Shown: positions 1 to 8,515 of the stretch, in pieces | How positions within the stretch are numbered: position 1 is the stretch's first letter | Layout: each line of letters opens with the position of its first letter | From: Acidimicrobiia bacterium | GTDB lineage: Bacteria > Actinomycetota > Acidimicrobiia > Spongiisociales > UBA11373 | Assembly (NCBI GenBank): GCA_029263095.1 | Contig: JAJCYA010000043.1 | Location: 2,470-66,469 of the forward strand | DNA: 64,000 bases | Reading direction: 5' to 3' | Translations under genes and position numbers: made by a program | The notes under the pieces: model-generated | The model's input: the letters and a program-made list of their open reading frames with translations, nothing else | Database searches by the model: none | Told to the model about the DNA's origin: nothing

Positions 1-206
1 ATCGCCTCCTCCTCTCCCTCGGCAACCAGAGAAGCATCTGGTGCACCCCTAAAAGACTTGAGCGAAGCCAGGTAGCCGATTGCCTCAAGGACCGAGGTCT
101 TACCGGTGCCGTTGTCTCCAATGAGAACGTTGACTCCTCTCCCCGGTTCGAAGCGGAGAGATCCGTACGCGCGGAACGCTCCCAGTTCGAGCCAGAGCAG
201 TCTCAT
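1..206 (-). CDS. recF: DNA replication and repair protein RecF, N-terminal fragment (gene continues beyond window start)
   Basis: Reverse-strand translation from ATG at 206: MRLLWLELGAFRAYGSLRFEPGEGVNVLIGDNGTGKTSVLEAIGYLASLKSFRG, with the RecF-type Walker A motif GDNGTGKT. Immediately downstream of dnaN, as in the conserved dnaA-dnaN-recF order. Not in the ORF track because it runs off the edge. Confidence 0.8.
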   Translation of the reverse strand, partial: MRLLWLELGAFRAYGSLRFEPGRGVNVLIGDNGTGKTSVLEAIGYLASLKSFRGAPDASLVAEGEEEA

Positions 207-213
207 GTCTCTT

Positions 214-1293
214 CTACAGGCGCACGGGCATCAGCAGATAGAGGAAGTCCTCTCCCTCACCGCCGCGAATGACACCCGGCTTCAGTGGATCGAGGACATC
301 GAGAACGACCTTCTCCTCTTCAACTGCGTTGACGCCATCGTTGAGGTACCGGCTGTTGAAGGCGATTGTCATCTCTTCGCCGTTGTATTCACCCTGCACG
401 TGCTCGGTCTCACCCCCGACGTCCTGGCGTGACACGCTCAACTCGACTCCTCCCGAAGAGAGGGTCATACGGATCGGTATGTGATCCTCGGCGACGAGAG
501 AAGCGCGATCTATAGCCTCCAGCAGCGAATCACGCCCAACCAGTAGTCGGCTCGGATAGGACTCGGGGATGAGCTGGCGGTAGTTGGGGAACGATCCCTC
601 GATGACCCGCGCCGCCAGAGTGCCGCGACTCGACGCGAATGCTGCCTCACGGCCCCCCACCGCAACTTGTAGCTCTGACGCACCAACACTGCGACCCAAT
701 TCCTTGAGTGCCCTGACCGGAACGAGACCCGAGAGGTCGGCGTCGACCGCCGGTACATCACGAACGGCCAGGCGATAGGAGTCGGTCGCAACCAGGCGAA
801 GCTTGCCCTCTTCATGCTCGAAGAAGACTCCCGTGAGAATCGGACGAGCGTCGTCGGTGCTCGCAGCGACCATCACCTGACCGAGGGCAGCCGCAAAGGC
901 ATCTCCATCGACACCCACAGCCTCGCTCAGGTCAGGCTCATCGAGCTTCGGAAACTCGTCGATCGAGAGCTCTCGGAAACGGAAGCGGGGACCGCCACCT
1001 GTGATCTCGATCTCTCCTTCCTTTGCCTCGAGGACCACAGCGCCCGGGGGGAGTTTTCGCACGGCTTCGGTGGCCAACCGCGAGGGCACGACCGTCTTGC
1101 CTTCCTCGATCGTTTCGACCTCGAGATCGGTTCTCACCGTCACCTCGAGATCGGTCCCGGTCACTCTCATCGTCTTGCCCGCCACTTCCAGCAAGACGCC
1201 TTGGAGGATCGGCAGCGGTGACCGGGTCCCTACTGCGCGGCCTGCTCGGCTCAAGACATCGGCGAGATCGTCTCGCTCAGCTCGGATACGCAC
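214..1293 (-). CDS. dnaN: DNA polymerase III beta subunit (sliding clamp)
   Basis: Track ORF 214..1380. Body matches the beta-clamp family (VRIRAERDDLADVL... LLMPVRL). The first 29 aa (MLSTPQSTTPTTTT...) lie over an AT-rich DnaA-box region, so the start is trimmed to the in-frame GTG at 1293 preceded by GAAGGGA. Confidence 0.9.
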   Translation of the reverse strand: MRIRAERDDLADVLSRAGRAVGTRSPLPILQGVLLEVAGKTMRVTGTDLEVTVRTDLEVETIEEGKTVVPSRLATEAVRKLPPGAVVLEAKEGEIEITGGGPRFRFRELSIDEFPKLDEPDLSEAVGVDGDAFAAALGQVMVAASTDDARPILTGVFFEHEEGKLRLVATDSYRLAVRDVPAVDADLSGLVPVRALKELGRSVGASELQVAVGGREAAFASSRGTLAARVIEGSFPNYRQLIPESYPSRLLVGRDSLLEAIDRASLVAEDHIPIRMTLSSGGVELSVSRQDVGGETEHVQGEYNGEEMTIAFNSRYLNDGVNAVEEEKVVLDVLDPLKPGVIRGGEGEDFLYLLMPVRL

Positions 1294-1491
1294 AGATGGT
1301 CCCTTCTCTTCTAACTGCTCTGTAATTGAAATAGATTGAGTAGTGGTAGTAGGGGTTGTGGATTGTGGAGTACTCAGCAAACCCCCTGGTCAGAGGGGGG
1401 GTGGAGGATTCACACCCTGTGGAGGGAACAACCCGGTTCTCCACATGGGGAGAGGAGAGTTGGGGGAAGTGGGGAGAAGTGATGGAGTTGT
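1294..1491. promoter_or_regulatory. putative oriC core: DnaA-box cluster plus AT-rich stretch in the dnaA-dnaN intergenic region
   Basis: AT-rich segment ctgtaattgaaatagattgagtag (~1318-1345). DnaA-box-like 9-mers: TGTGGATTG (1358-1366), TGTGGAGTA (1365-1373), CCCTCCACA (1418-1426 region), TTCTCCACA (1437-1445), TTGTTCACG (~1489-1497). All are 7-8/9 matches to TT(A/G)TCCACA. This is the canonical oriC position in Actinobacteria. Confidence 0.55.
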
Positions 1492-2859
1492 TCACGGGGT
1501 TCTCCTCAGACCCTGCATGAGGGCTGTGACACGATCGAACAGCATTTCGTCCTCGGTCATGAGGCGGCCGACCGTGTTGATACCGTGGAGAACAGTTGTG
1601 TGATCGCGGCCTCCAAAGATCGTTCCAATCTTGGGCAATGAAAGGTCGGTCATCTCCCTCACGATGTACATGGCGATCTGGCGGGCACGAGCCAGGGGCT
1701 GGTGGCGCCGCGGTCCCTCAAGGTCAGAAATGGAGAGACTGAAAGCCTCCGCGGTCGCGGCCAGAATCCGCCCGGGGCTCACCGGCGCCATGCTGTGAGC
1801 CGGACCGAGATCCTGAAGCACGTCCTCGGCCATCTCGAGATCGATGGGCTGATGAGTTAGTGCTGCGTATGCCGTCACCCGAGTGAGAGCACCCTCCAGT
1901 TCCCGGATGTTGTCCACGACTCGGGTGGCGATGAATTCGAGAACGGGCTCGGGTATTGGCTGGGGCGCAAATGCTGCATTGCGGCGGAGGATCGCAAGAC
2001 GGGTCTCGACGTCGGGCGGCTGGATATCGGTTGTGAGTCCCCACTCGAAACGGCTACGGATCCGCGCTTCGAGGTTGGTAAGACTCTTTGGCGGGCGGTC
2101 TGCCGAAAAGACGAGCTGCTTACCTGCCTCGTAGAGAGAGTTGAACGTGTGGAAGAATTCCTCCAGGATCTGTTCCTTCCCCTCGAGGAATTGAACATCG
2201 TCGAGAAGGAAGAGGTCAACGGTCCGATAGTGAGCCTTGAACTCGTCCATCCTCTTCTTGCGGATGGAGTCGATGAAGTTGTTGAAGAACTCCTCGGATG
2301 ACACGTAGGAGATCTCGAGGTGAGGGTGGAGCAGTGCCGAATGCTGGGCTACGGCGTGGAGGAGATGGGTCTTTCCTAGACCCGAGCCACCGTATACGAA
2401 CAAAGGGTTGTAGTTCCCGCCGGGCTGTTCGGCAATGGCCATGGCAGCAGCATGGGCAAAGCGATTGGAGGGACCCACGACAAAGTTTTCGAACGAGTAC
2501 TTGGGGACGAACCGCTGTTCGGTCGGGGAGCTTTCTACCTGCTGCGGCGCCGAACCGATCGGTTCTGGCTCCGAGTCCTCCTCGATGAGGGGCTCATAGG
2601 CCGGCTCATCCGGAGCCGATAGCTCGACGGAGAGGCCGGAACCAAAGGCTATTCCGACGGCATCTTCGACGAGGGGACGGAACTTTTCGTTGACCCAACG
2701 TAGATGGAACTCACTCGGTGCGGTTATGTGGATGACGTCGTCGGCTATCGATTCCGGACGGAGCCCATCAAGCCATGTCCTCCAGGTGACCGGCGTGACC
2801 CGTCCACGGAGCGTTTGCCGGAACTGTTCCCAGCTCTCGGCAGCCGGATTCGCTTCCAC
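1492..2859 (-). CDS. dnaA: chromosomal replication initiator protein DnaA
   Basis: 455 aa, AAA+ Walker A GGSGLGKTHLLHAV and a C-terminal DNA-binding domain. GTG start at 2859 (V-E-A-N-P...). Confidence 0.95.
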   Translation of the reverse strand: MEANPAAESWEQFRQTLRGRVTPVTWRTWLDGLRPESIADDVIHITAPSEFHLRWVNEKFRPLVEDAVGIAFGSGLSVELSAPDEPAYEPLIEEDSEPEPIGSAPQQVESSPTEQRFVPKYSFENFVVGPSNRFAHAAAMAIAEQPGGNYNPLFVYGGSGLGKTHLLHAVAQHSALLHPHLEISYVSSEEFFNNFIDSIRKKRMDEFKAHYRTVDLFLLDDVQFLEGKEQILEEFFHTFNSLYEAGKQLVFSADRPPKSLTNLEARIRSRFEWGLTTDIQPPDVETRLAILRRNAAFAPQPIPEPVLEFIATRVVDNIRELEGALTRVTAYAALTHQPIDLEMAEDVLQDLGPAHSMAPVSPGRILAATAEAFSLSISDLEGPRRHQPLARARQIAMYIVREMTDLSLPKIGTIFGGRDHTTVLHGINTVGRLMTEDEMLFDRVTALMQGLRRTP

Positions 2860-2892
2860 GTCTTGCCTCGCAGTGCCCTCGAACTACTACTT

Positions 2893-2930
2893 CTCTTCTC
2901 CACAGGGGTATCCACACCTGTGGAAAAACC
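2893..2930. promoter_or_regulatory. DnaA-box cluster immediately upstream of dnaA (autoregulatory or second origin module)
   Basis: ttctcTTCTCCACAggggTATCCACAcCTGTGGAAAAa contains three DnaA-box-like 9-mers: TTCTCCACA, GTATCCACA, and TTTTCCACA on the opposite strand. The latter two form an inverted pair, CCACAGG...CCTGTGG. Confidence 0.5.
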
Positions 2931-3251
2931 CCACGTTCCCCATCGGGACCCTCAGTTGGGCCAACCAGATCCCCGTCCGCTCGATGTGGGAAGTAGACAG
3001 CGGATCAACCCGGTAGCAGACGAGTATATGGAGCGCCTGCCGCGGCCTTCAAGTACGGCAAATCCGGACTTAGCTCCGACTCACATTGACGGATCAGAGC
3101 TATGGAACCCTTAAGAAGTAAGGGCTATCTCGGGTCTCGACCAGAGCGGATGCGGTGCTGGAGAGGCAGATTTGTGTGCGGTTGGCCTTGACCTATCTTT
3201 CGCGACTCAAATCCTTTTCTCGCGATTAGCCGTAACGAGGGCTTCTTCCTT

Positions 3252-3280
3252 TGACAAGCCCCACGACCCTCCGTAACCTC
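3252..3280 (+). promoter_or_regulatory. candidate rpmH promoter (-35 TTGACA, 17 bp spacer, -10 TAACCT)
   Basis: TTGACAagccccacgaccctccgTAACCT about 40 bp upstream of the rpmH ATG. Spacing is canonical. No experimental support. Confidence 0.3.
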
Positions 3281-3320
3281 CCGCTCCGACGCACTCCCCC
3301 TCTCTTCGGGACGTCTCTTC

Positions 3321-3455
3321 ATGAAACGCACGTATCAGCCGAATGTTCGACGCCGCAAGCGCAAGCACGGCTTTCGGGCCCGAATGCGGACCCGAGCCGG
3401 TCGCGACCTGCTCAAACGTCGTCGTCGCAAAGGCCGTCGCCGCGTCTCGGCGTAG
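3321..3455 (+). CDS. rpmH: 50S ribosomal protein L34
   Basis: Hand translation: [44 protein letters not shown] (44 aa), the textbook L34 sequence. Absent from the ORF track because it is under 60 aa. Confidence 0.92.
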   Translation: MKRTYQPNVRRRKRKHGFRARMRTRAGRDLLKRRRRKGRRRVSA

Positions 3456-3777
3456 GGGTCGCCCCTACGCGTCCCTGCGGAGTCGGTCCGACATCGGGAG
3501 GGTGCGCCGGGTTGGAATCCGACATCGGGTTGGCGGTATCACCGTTTTCGCCGCAGCCGGTGTGTCGGGGAGGTGTCGCGCCGCTTTCGTCGCAGGACGG
3601 GCGGTGGGGCCGGCGGTGCAGCGCAATCGCGCTAAGCGTCGCCTGCGTGAGGCACTCGCCTGTGTTCCCACCCGGGTCGGCCGAGACTATTTGGTGATCG
3701 CCACTTCGGCGGTCACAGAGGCTCCCTTTGGGGATCTCGTCGGTTGGCTGACTCGAGCCGTGACCGAGGAGGAGTGA
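3343..3777 (+). CDS. rnpA: ribonuclease P protein component RnpA (true start probably downstream of the rpmH stop)
   Basis: Contains the RnpA signature ...[14 protein letters not shown]...[14 protein letters not shown] (RNR-KRRLRE motif). The only in-frame ATG (3343) lies inside rpmH. The conserved region begins ~3460, so a non-ATG start between 3457 and 3500 is likely. Confidence 0.7.
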   Translation: MFDAASASTAFGPECGPEPVATCSNVVVAKAVAASRRRGRPYASLRSRSDIGRVRRVGIRHRVGGITVFAAAGVSGRCRAAFVAGRAVGPAVQRNRAKRRLREALACVPTRVGRDYLVIATSAVTEAPFGDLVGWLTRAVTEEE

Positions 3778-3779
3778 GC

Positions 3780-4067
3780 GTGGCAGAGGAGAAGAGGACC
3801 CTGAGGCCCTACCAACCGGGTTGGTGGCTGCAGCGGCTCATCCTCGCCTACCGGACTTTGGTCTCCCCCATCTTGGGTCGTCGTTGTATCTACTTGCCGA
3901 CCTGTTCGGAGTATGCATTCGACGCCATAGGGGAATGGGGGGCACCTCGTGGCACGTGGATGGCCGTAAAGCGGGTCGGCCGATGCAATCCGCTAAGGGA
4001 AGGTGGACTAGATCCGGTACCCAAACGCACCGGTGAAGCCACGAACGTCGAGGTGGAGGCACACTGA
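3780..4067 (+). CDS. yidD: membrane protein insertion efficiency factor YidD
   Basis: LRPYQPGWWLQRLILAYRTLVSPILGRRCIYLPTCSEYAFDAIGEWGAPRGTWMAVKRVGRCNPL, with the YidD C-x-YxPTCSxY motif. GTG at 3780 preceded by GAGGAGGAG, 3 nt after the rnpA stop. Confidence 0.8.
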   Translation: MAEEKRTLRPYQPGWWLQRLILAYRTLVSPILGRRCIYLPTCSEYAFDAIGEWGAPRGTWMAVKRVGRCNPLREGGLDPVPKRTGEATNVEVEAH

Positions 4068-5017
4068 TGTCTGCGATCTGGAATGGGATCCAGGAGGTTC
4101 TCGGCGGAATCCTGTCGTTCTTCTATGGGCTCATACCAAATTTTGGTATAGCAATCATTCTGTTGACTGTGACGATTGGGCTGTTGCTCTTTCGGCTCAC
4201 TCTCAAACAGACCCGTTCGATGAAGGCGATGCAGGAGATTCAGCCTGAGATCAAGCGGATCCAACGCGAACTCAAACAGGATAAGCAGGCCCAGCAGGCC
4301 GCGATGATGGAGCTCTACAAGGAGAAGGGCGTTAACCCGGCTGCCGGGTGCCTGCCGCTCCTGATGCAGATGCCCATCTGGTTCGCCTTGTTCAGCGTGT
4401 TGAGGTCCTTTGGGAACTCTCAATTGGCGGAGCGCCTGAAGTGGGTGACATCGGGAAGTGAACTCGAGGCGGCCGTCCGTGCCCACAGCGCGACGACCCC
4501 CACGTTGGACTTCCTCGGAATGGATCTCACCCGAACACCGAGCGCCGTCGGTTTCGGCGAGACGGTCGATGGCGCACAGATCGCCGGCGACTTTGTGGCG
4601 GCAATCCCCTACTTCATAACGATTCTCATCGTGATGGGTACGGCCTACTACCAGCAGAAGCAGACGATGTCCCGCAGTAACAGCCAGAATCAAGCACCAC
4701 AGCCGGGGCAAGCCGTAATGAAGATTTTTCCATTCTTCTTCGGCTTTATCTCCTTCAACATGCCGGCCGGTCTGGTGATGTACTTCGCAGCCAGCCAGAT
4801 CTTCCGGATTGGACAACAGGCCCTGATTATCAGCCTCGACGAGAAACACGCCGCAGAGGCGGTCGTCGAGGCAAAGGAAGCCAAGAAGGTCAAGCCAGCA
4901 GCTGAACCGATCAAAGAGGGAGATGACGTTGCCGGAGGATCCACCGCGGGTTCCGGTCCCAAGCGACGCCCCCAAGGGTCGAAGAAGAAGCGCGGCAAGA
5001 AGCGGAGGAGAAGGTAA
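4067..5017 (+). CDS. yidC: membrane protein insertase YidC (short actinobacterial form)
   Basis: 316 aa, multiple TM helices and a Lys/Arg-rich C-terminal tail. ATG overlaps the yidD stop (TGATG). Conserved position in the rpmH-rnpA-yidD-yidC-jag cluster. Confidence 0.85.
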   Translation: MSAIWNGIQEVLGGILSFFYGLIPNFGIAIILLTVTIGLLLFRLTLKQTRSMKAMQEIQPEIKRIQRELKQDKQAQQAAMMELYKEKGVNPAAGCLPLLMQMPIWFALFSVLRSFGNSQLAERLKWVTSGSELEAAVRAHSATTPTLDFLGMDLTRTPSAVGFGETVDGAQIAGDFVAAIPYFITILIVMGTAYYQQKQTMSRSNSQNQAPQPGQAVMKIFPFFFGFISFNMPAGLVMYFAASQIFRIGQQALIISLDEKHAAEAVVEAKEAKKVKPAAEPIKEGDDVAGGSTAGSGPKRRPQGSKKKRGKKRRRR

Positions 5018-5908
5018 GTGTCGCCAGTCGAATGGGTTGAGGTTAGGGGCAAGGACATCGAGGTTGCCGTTGCCGCTGCGCTGGAGGAGCTTGGGTTGGC
5101 CAATGCCGAGGCCGCCGAAGTGGAGGTGCTGCAGGAGCCTGAGAAGGGATTCCTCGGAATGGGTGGCAGGGACGCAATCGTCAGGGTCAAGCCGAGGAAG
5201 ACGGCCGGCAAGAGACGTCGGCGAGGCGGTCGGGGGCGTAGCAACGGAGGAGGCTCCGGTTCCAAGGGGGAACCGAAGAAGACCCCGCCCGCGGCAGGTG
5301 CTGGAGCGAGGAAGGCGGCTCAGAAGGGCCAGAAGGCTCAGAAGGCCCAGAAGGAGCAGCCACGCCAACAGCAGCGTCCTCCGCGACAGCCGAGGCACCG
5401 CAACACCGAAGCAGGGAAACAGAAGGAGCAGAAGGTGGAAGTCGAAGTCGATCGGGGCGAACAGGCCGAGATGGTCAAGGACTTCCTCACGGGACTCCTC
5501 GACGCATTCGGTCTCGAGGGCAATGTGGAGTGCACGGTCGAGGACGACATCGTTCTGGCCAATGTGACTGGAGAACAGACCGAAGCCCTGGTGGGACCAA
5601 AGGGAGCCATCCTCCAGGCCACTCTGGAGTTGTCTCGAACCATTGTGCAACGCAAGTCCCAGGCTGGTGCCCGCATCAGGCTCGATATCGGTGGCTATAC
5701 CGAACGGCGCCGGGAGGCTCTCCGGATCTATACCGGCCGATTGGTCGAGAAGGTCACCGCGGAGGGCGGCGAGGTAATGCTGGAACCGATGAACGCGGCC
5801 GATCGCAAGGTTGTTCACGACGCTGCTGCCGATCTGGGGGGAGTACGGACCTTCTCAGAGGGAGAGGAACCGCGCCGATCTGTTGTGATCGCCCGCCTCG
5901 ACTCCTAG
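5018..5908 (+). CDS. jag: Jag/KhpB-family RNA-binding protein (Jag-N, KH and R3H domains)
   Basis: N-terminal Jag_N-like segment, a basic low-complexity linker, and a C-terminal KH/R3H region (GPKGAILQATLELSR...RKVVHDAAADLGGV). Conserved position after yidC. Confidence 0.8.
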   Translation: MSPVEWVEVRGKDIEVAVAAALEELGLANAEAAEVEVLQEPEKGFLGMGGRDAIVRVKPRKTAGKRRRRGGRGRSNGGGSGSKGEPKKTPPAAGAGARKAAQKGQKAQKAQKEQPRQQQRPPRQPRHRNTEAGKQKEQKVEVEVDRGEQAEMVKDFLTGLLDAFGLEGNVECTVEDDIVLANVTGEQTEALVGPKGAILQATLELSRTIVQRKSQAGARIRLDIGGYTERRREALRIYTGRLVEKVTAEGGEVMLEPMNAADRKVVHDAAADLGGVRTFSEGEEPRRSVVIARLDS

Positions 5909-5935
5909 CACCGAAGGCACAAACTTTCGCAAGTC

Positions 5936-5983
5936 GAAGGGGCCCGCAAGGGCCCCTTCGTCGTGTTTCACGTGAAACACGAC
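5936..5983 (+). terminator. two tandem hairpins downstream of jag (GC-rich stem-loop plus a perfect 24-bp palindrome)
   Basis: 5936-5959: GAAGGGGCCC-GCAA-GGGCCCCTTC, a perfect 10-bp stem with a GNRA-like loop. 5960-5983: GTCGTGTTTCACGTGAAACACGAC, a perfect 24-bp palindrome with some T-content. Confidence 0.5.
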
Positions 5984-6172
5984 AGGGTCTACGAGAGGAG
6001 CAAACCGGATAGGGGCGGCCGGATCGGTCTGGAACGGTGGCGGGTTGCGGCTACTCCGGTGCCTATCACCTCCATCGCCACACCCGCTCCCCTCGTATAG
6101 GAGAGGGGGGTGCTATTCGCCCAACGTATCTCAATCCCGCTCGATAGAACACACCTGAGGCATAATCGGCTC

Positions 6173-6820
6173 ATGGATTCGGTCGACATGGCACGACGAG
6201 CAGCCGATTGGGCGGGCTACCCCCTCACCGAAGGAGCCGCAGAGGTATTGGAGATATACGCCCTGTGGTTGGAGGCCGAAGCCATCCCTGCCGGCGGCCT
6301 GGGACCGAGGGAAGGAGATCGGATCTGGTCTAGGCACGTAGCCGACAGCATCCTGTTTGCCGCTGGTTGGCCCGATGGTGCTCCCAAGGAGGTTCTCGAT
6401 GTGGGAAGCGGAGTGGGGCTCCCCGGAATCCCGCTGGGAGTCTTGTGGCCAGACGCAGAGATCACGCTCCTCGATCGCGGCGGACGCCGGATACGCCTAC
6501 TGCAACGGATTGTCCGGGTACTGGGGCTCAGCAACGTCCATGTCTTCCAAGGAGACGCCTTCGATGTAGCAGACGAGTGGTCCGGGGTGGTCTATAGGGG
6601 TTCGGTAAAGCCTCCGGAATCGGTCGGTTTGAGTGCTCGCTTGCTAGATACCCCCGGAACAGCGGTCCTTGGCCTCAGTAGGAAGTCGCAGCCTCCCGAC
6701 CGAACTCGTGACCTCGTTTCGGTCGCCCAAGCGATGGGTCTCGACACCGAAATAGTGGGGGTCCCATCGACAATCCTTGACGCACCCGCCTGGTTACTTA
6801 TCATGCGCGCTGGTGAGTAA
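6173..6820 (+). CDS. rsmG: 16S rRNA (guanine527-N7)-methyltransferase RsmG (GidB)
   Basis: SAM-binding motif LDVGSGVGLPGIPLG. Track ORF begins at 6110. The ATG at 6173 (MDSVDMARRA...) gives a typical length and sits 8 bp after a CATAAT -10-like hexamer, consistent with a leaderless mRNA. Confidence 0.85.
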   Translation: MDSVDMARRAADWAGYPLTEGAAEVLEIYALWLEAEAIPAGGLGPREGDRIWSRHVADSILFAAGWPDGAPKEVLDVGSGVGLPGIPLGVLWPDAEITLLDRGGRRIRLLQRIVRVLGLSNVHVFQGDAFDVADEWSGVVYRGSVKPPESVGLSARLLDTPGTAVLGLSRKSQPPDRTRDLVSVAQAMGLDTEIVGVPSTILDAPAWLLIMRAGE

Positions 6821-7601
6821 GTCTTCAGACCGCGTAGTTGTCGCGGTCGCCAACCAAAAGGGTGGCGTGGGCAAGTCCACGACCACAATCAACATGGGTG
6901 CCGCGCTGGCCGCGATGGGTGAGCGGGTACTCATCGTGGATGGAGACCCCCAGTCCAACGCCACCTCGGGGCTGGGGGTGGACCGGCACGATGTGGCGGT
7001 CAACACCTACGACCTCATCCTTGGCCAGGGAGACATAGACGATGGGATTGAGCCGACCAGTGTAAAGGACCTGTTCGTCGTGGCCTCGTCGATTGATCTT
7101 GCGGCCGCTGAGATAGAACTCGTCGCCAGGATGTCGCGCGAGCACCTGCTGCGGCAGGCAGTCGACTCGATGGAGACCGACTTTGATGTCGTGTTGGTCG
7201 ACTGTCCCCCCAGCCTCGGTCTAATCACGGTCAATGCGTTGACCGCTGCCGACGAGGTACTCATTCCGATTCAGACCGAATACTACGCATTGGAGGGGCT
7301 GACGCAGCTGTTGCGGTCGATCGAAGCGATCCAATCACACCTAAACCCTCGACTACGAATCGAAGGAGCGGTGCTCACGATGTACGATCGGCGTACCACG
7401 CTGGCCGCTGAGGTGAGCGCGCAGGTTCGGGAGCACTTCGGGGATGTCACATATCGAACGGTCATCCCACGGACGGTACGACTCGCCGAGGCGCCCTCCT
7501 ATGGAGAACCGATCGAGTCATTCGATCCTAAGAGCAGAGGAGCGGTTGCCTATAGATCGCTCGCTACCGAATGGAGGAAGAGACATGGCCGCAGCACGTA
7601 A
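6813..7601 (+). CDS. parA: chromosome partitioning ATPase ParA/Soj
   Basis: Deviant Walker A VVVAVANQKGGVGKSTTT. GTG at 6813 overlaps the rsmG stop. A TTG at 6777 is an alternative start. Confidence 0.9.
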   Translation: MSKSSDRVVVAVANQKGGVGKSTTTINMGAALAAMGERVLIVDGDPQSNATSGLGVDRHDVAVNTYDLILGQGDIDDGIEPTSVKDLFVVASSIDLAAAEIELVARMSREHLLRQAVDSMETDFDVVLVDCPPSLGLITVNALTAADEVLIPIQTEYYALEGLTQLLRSIEAIQSHLNPRLRIEGAVLTMYDRRTTLAAEVSAQVREHFGDVTYRTVIPRTVRLAEAPSYGEPIESFDPKSRGAVAYRSLATEWRKRHGRST

Positions 7602-8460
7602 GTCCGGCTTGGGCCGCGGACTCGACGCTCTGCTGGCGGTTCAGAAGACCGAAGGCGGCGTCGGGACAATCCCGGTCGACCACATCGATCCGAATCCCCG
7701 TCAGCCTCGTTCCCGCTTTGACGAGGAGGCCCTCGAGGCTCTTGCGGCATCGATTCGCGAGGTGGGGGTGTTGCAGCCGATTGTCGTCGGACCCGCCGAC
7801 CCGGACGGACGCCACATGTTGGTCGCCGGTGAGCGGCGACTCCGAGCGAGCAGGCTCGCCGGGCTCGACGAGATCCCGGCCGTCGTTCGTGAGAGCGACG
7901 AGGCAACTCAGCTCGCAGAAGCACTCATCGAGAACATTCAGCGTGAGGATCTTGGTCCGCTGGAAGAGGCCGAAGCCTTTAGTGCCCTTATGGAAGATTT
8001 TGACATGAGGCATGAGGACGTCGCCCAGCGAGTAGGCAAGAGCAGATCGGCAATCACCAATGCGGTCAGGTTGCTCAACCTGCCGGGTCAAATACAAGGA
8101 CTCCTTGCCGAGGGTCTGCTCTCTGCCGGAGCGGGCAGAGCGCTACTCGGGCTGGAGGACGTCTCCTATGCGGTGGCAGTGGCGGAGAGGGCAGCAGCCG
8201 AGGAATGGTCGGTGCGCCAGGTAGAAGAAGCCGTGCGGGAAAGGCGCGACGCGCGGGAGGCTCCTGAGGCAGCGTCGAAAGAGCGGCGCTCCGAAAAGGA
8301 GAGGCCGGCGCAGATCATCGCCCTCGAGGAGCGTATGGCAGAAACATTGGGGACCAATGTCCAGATCAGATACGGATCTCGCGGCGGCGGCAAGATGGTC
8401 ATCAGGTTCGGATCACTCGATGATCTCGAACGTATCTACCGCGGCTTGATGGGGGAGTAG
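7585..8460 (+). CDS. parB: chromosome partitioning protein ParB/Spo0J
   Basis: Box motifs GLGRGLDALL and VLQPIVV, an HTH, and a C-terminal dimerisation domain. ATG at 7585 is preceded by GGAGGAAGAG and overlaps the parA 3' end by 17 nt. Confidence 0.9.
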   Translation: MAAARKSGLGRGLDALLAVQKTEGGVGTIPVDHIDPNPRQPRSRFDEEALEALAASIREVGVLQPIVVGPADPDGRHMLVAGERRLRASRLAGLDEIPAVVRESDEATQLAEALIENIQREDLGPLEEAEAFSALMEDFDMRHEDVAQRVGKSRSAITNAVRLLNLPGQIQGLLAEGLLSAGAGRALLGLEDVSYAVAVAERAAAEEWSVRQVEEAVRERRDAREAPEAASKERRSEKERPAQIIALEERMAETLGTNVQIRYGSRGGGKMVIRFGSLDDLERIYRGLMGE

Positions 8461-8515
8461 GGGTCGGCGACTGCGCGATCTCCCAACAAATGGCAAGACG
8501 AGGTGAGTTGATCGC

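Noticed and set aside
106-432. Plus-strand 108-aa ORF and the N-terminal 29-aa extension of the dnaN track ORF (1294-1380)
   Set aside because: These overlap recF/dnaN on the opposite strand, or lie over the AT-rich DnaA-box region. The conserved dnaN N-terminus begins at the GTG at 1293.
3890-5818. 642-aa minus-strand ORF spanning yidC and jag
   Set aside because: It is antisense to two well-supported conserved genes. Its composition is low-complexity Leu/Arg/Gly-rich, typical of high-GC antisense reading frames.
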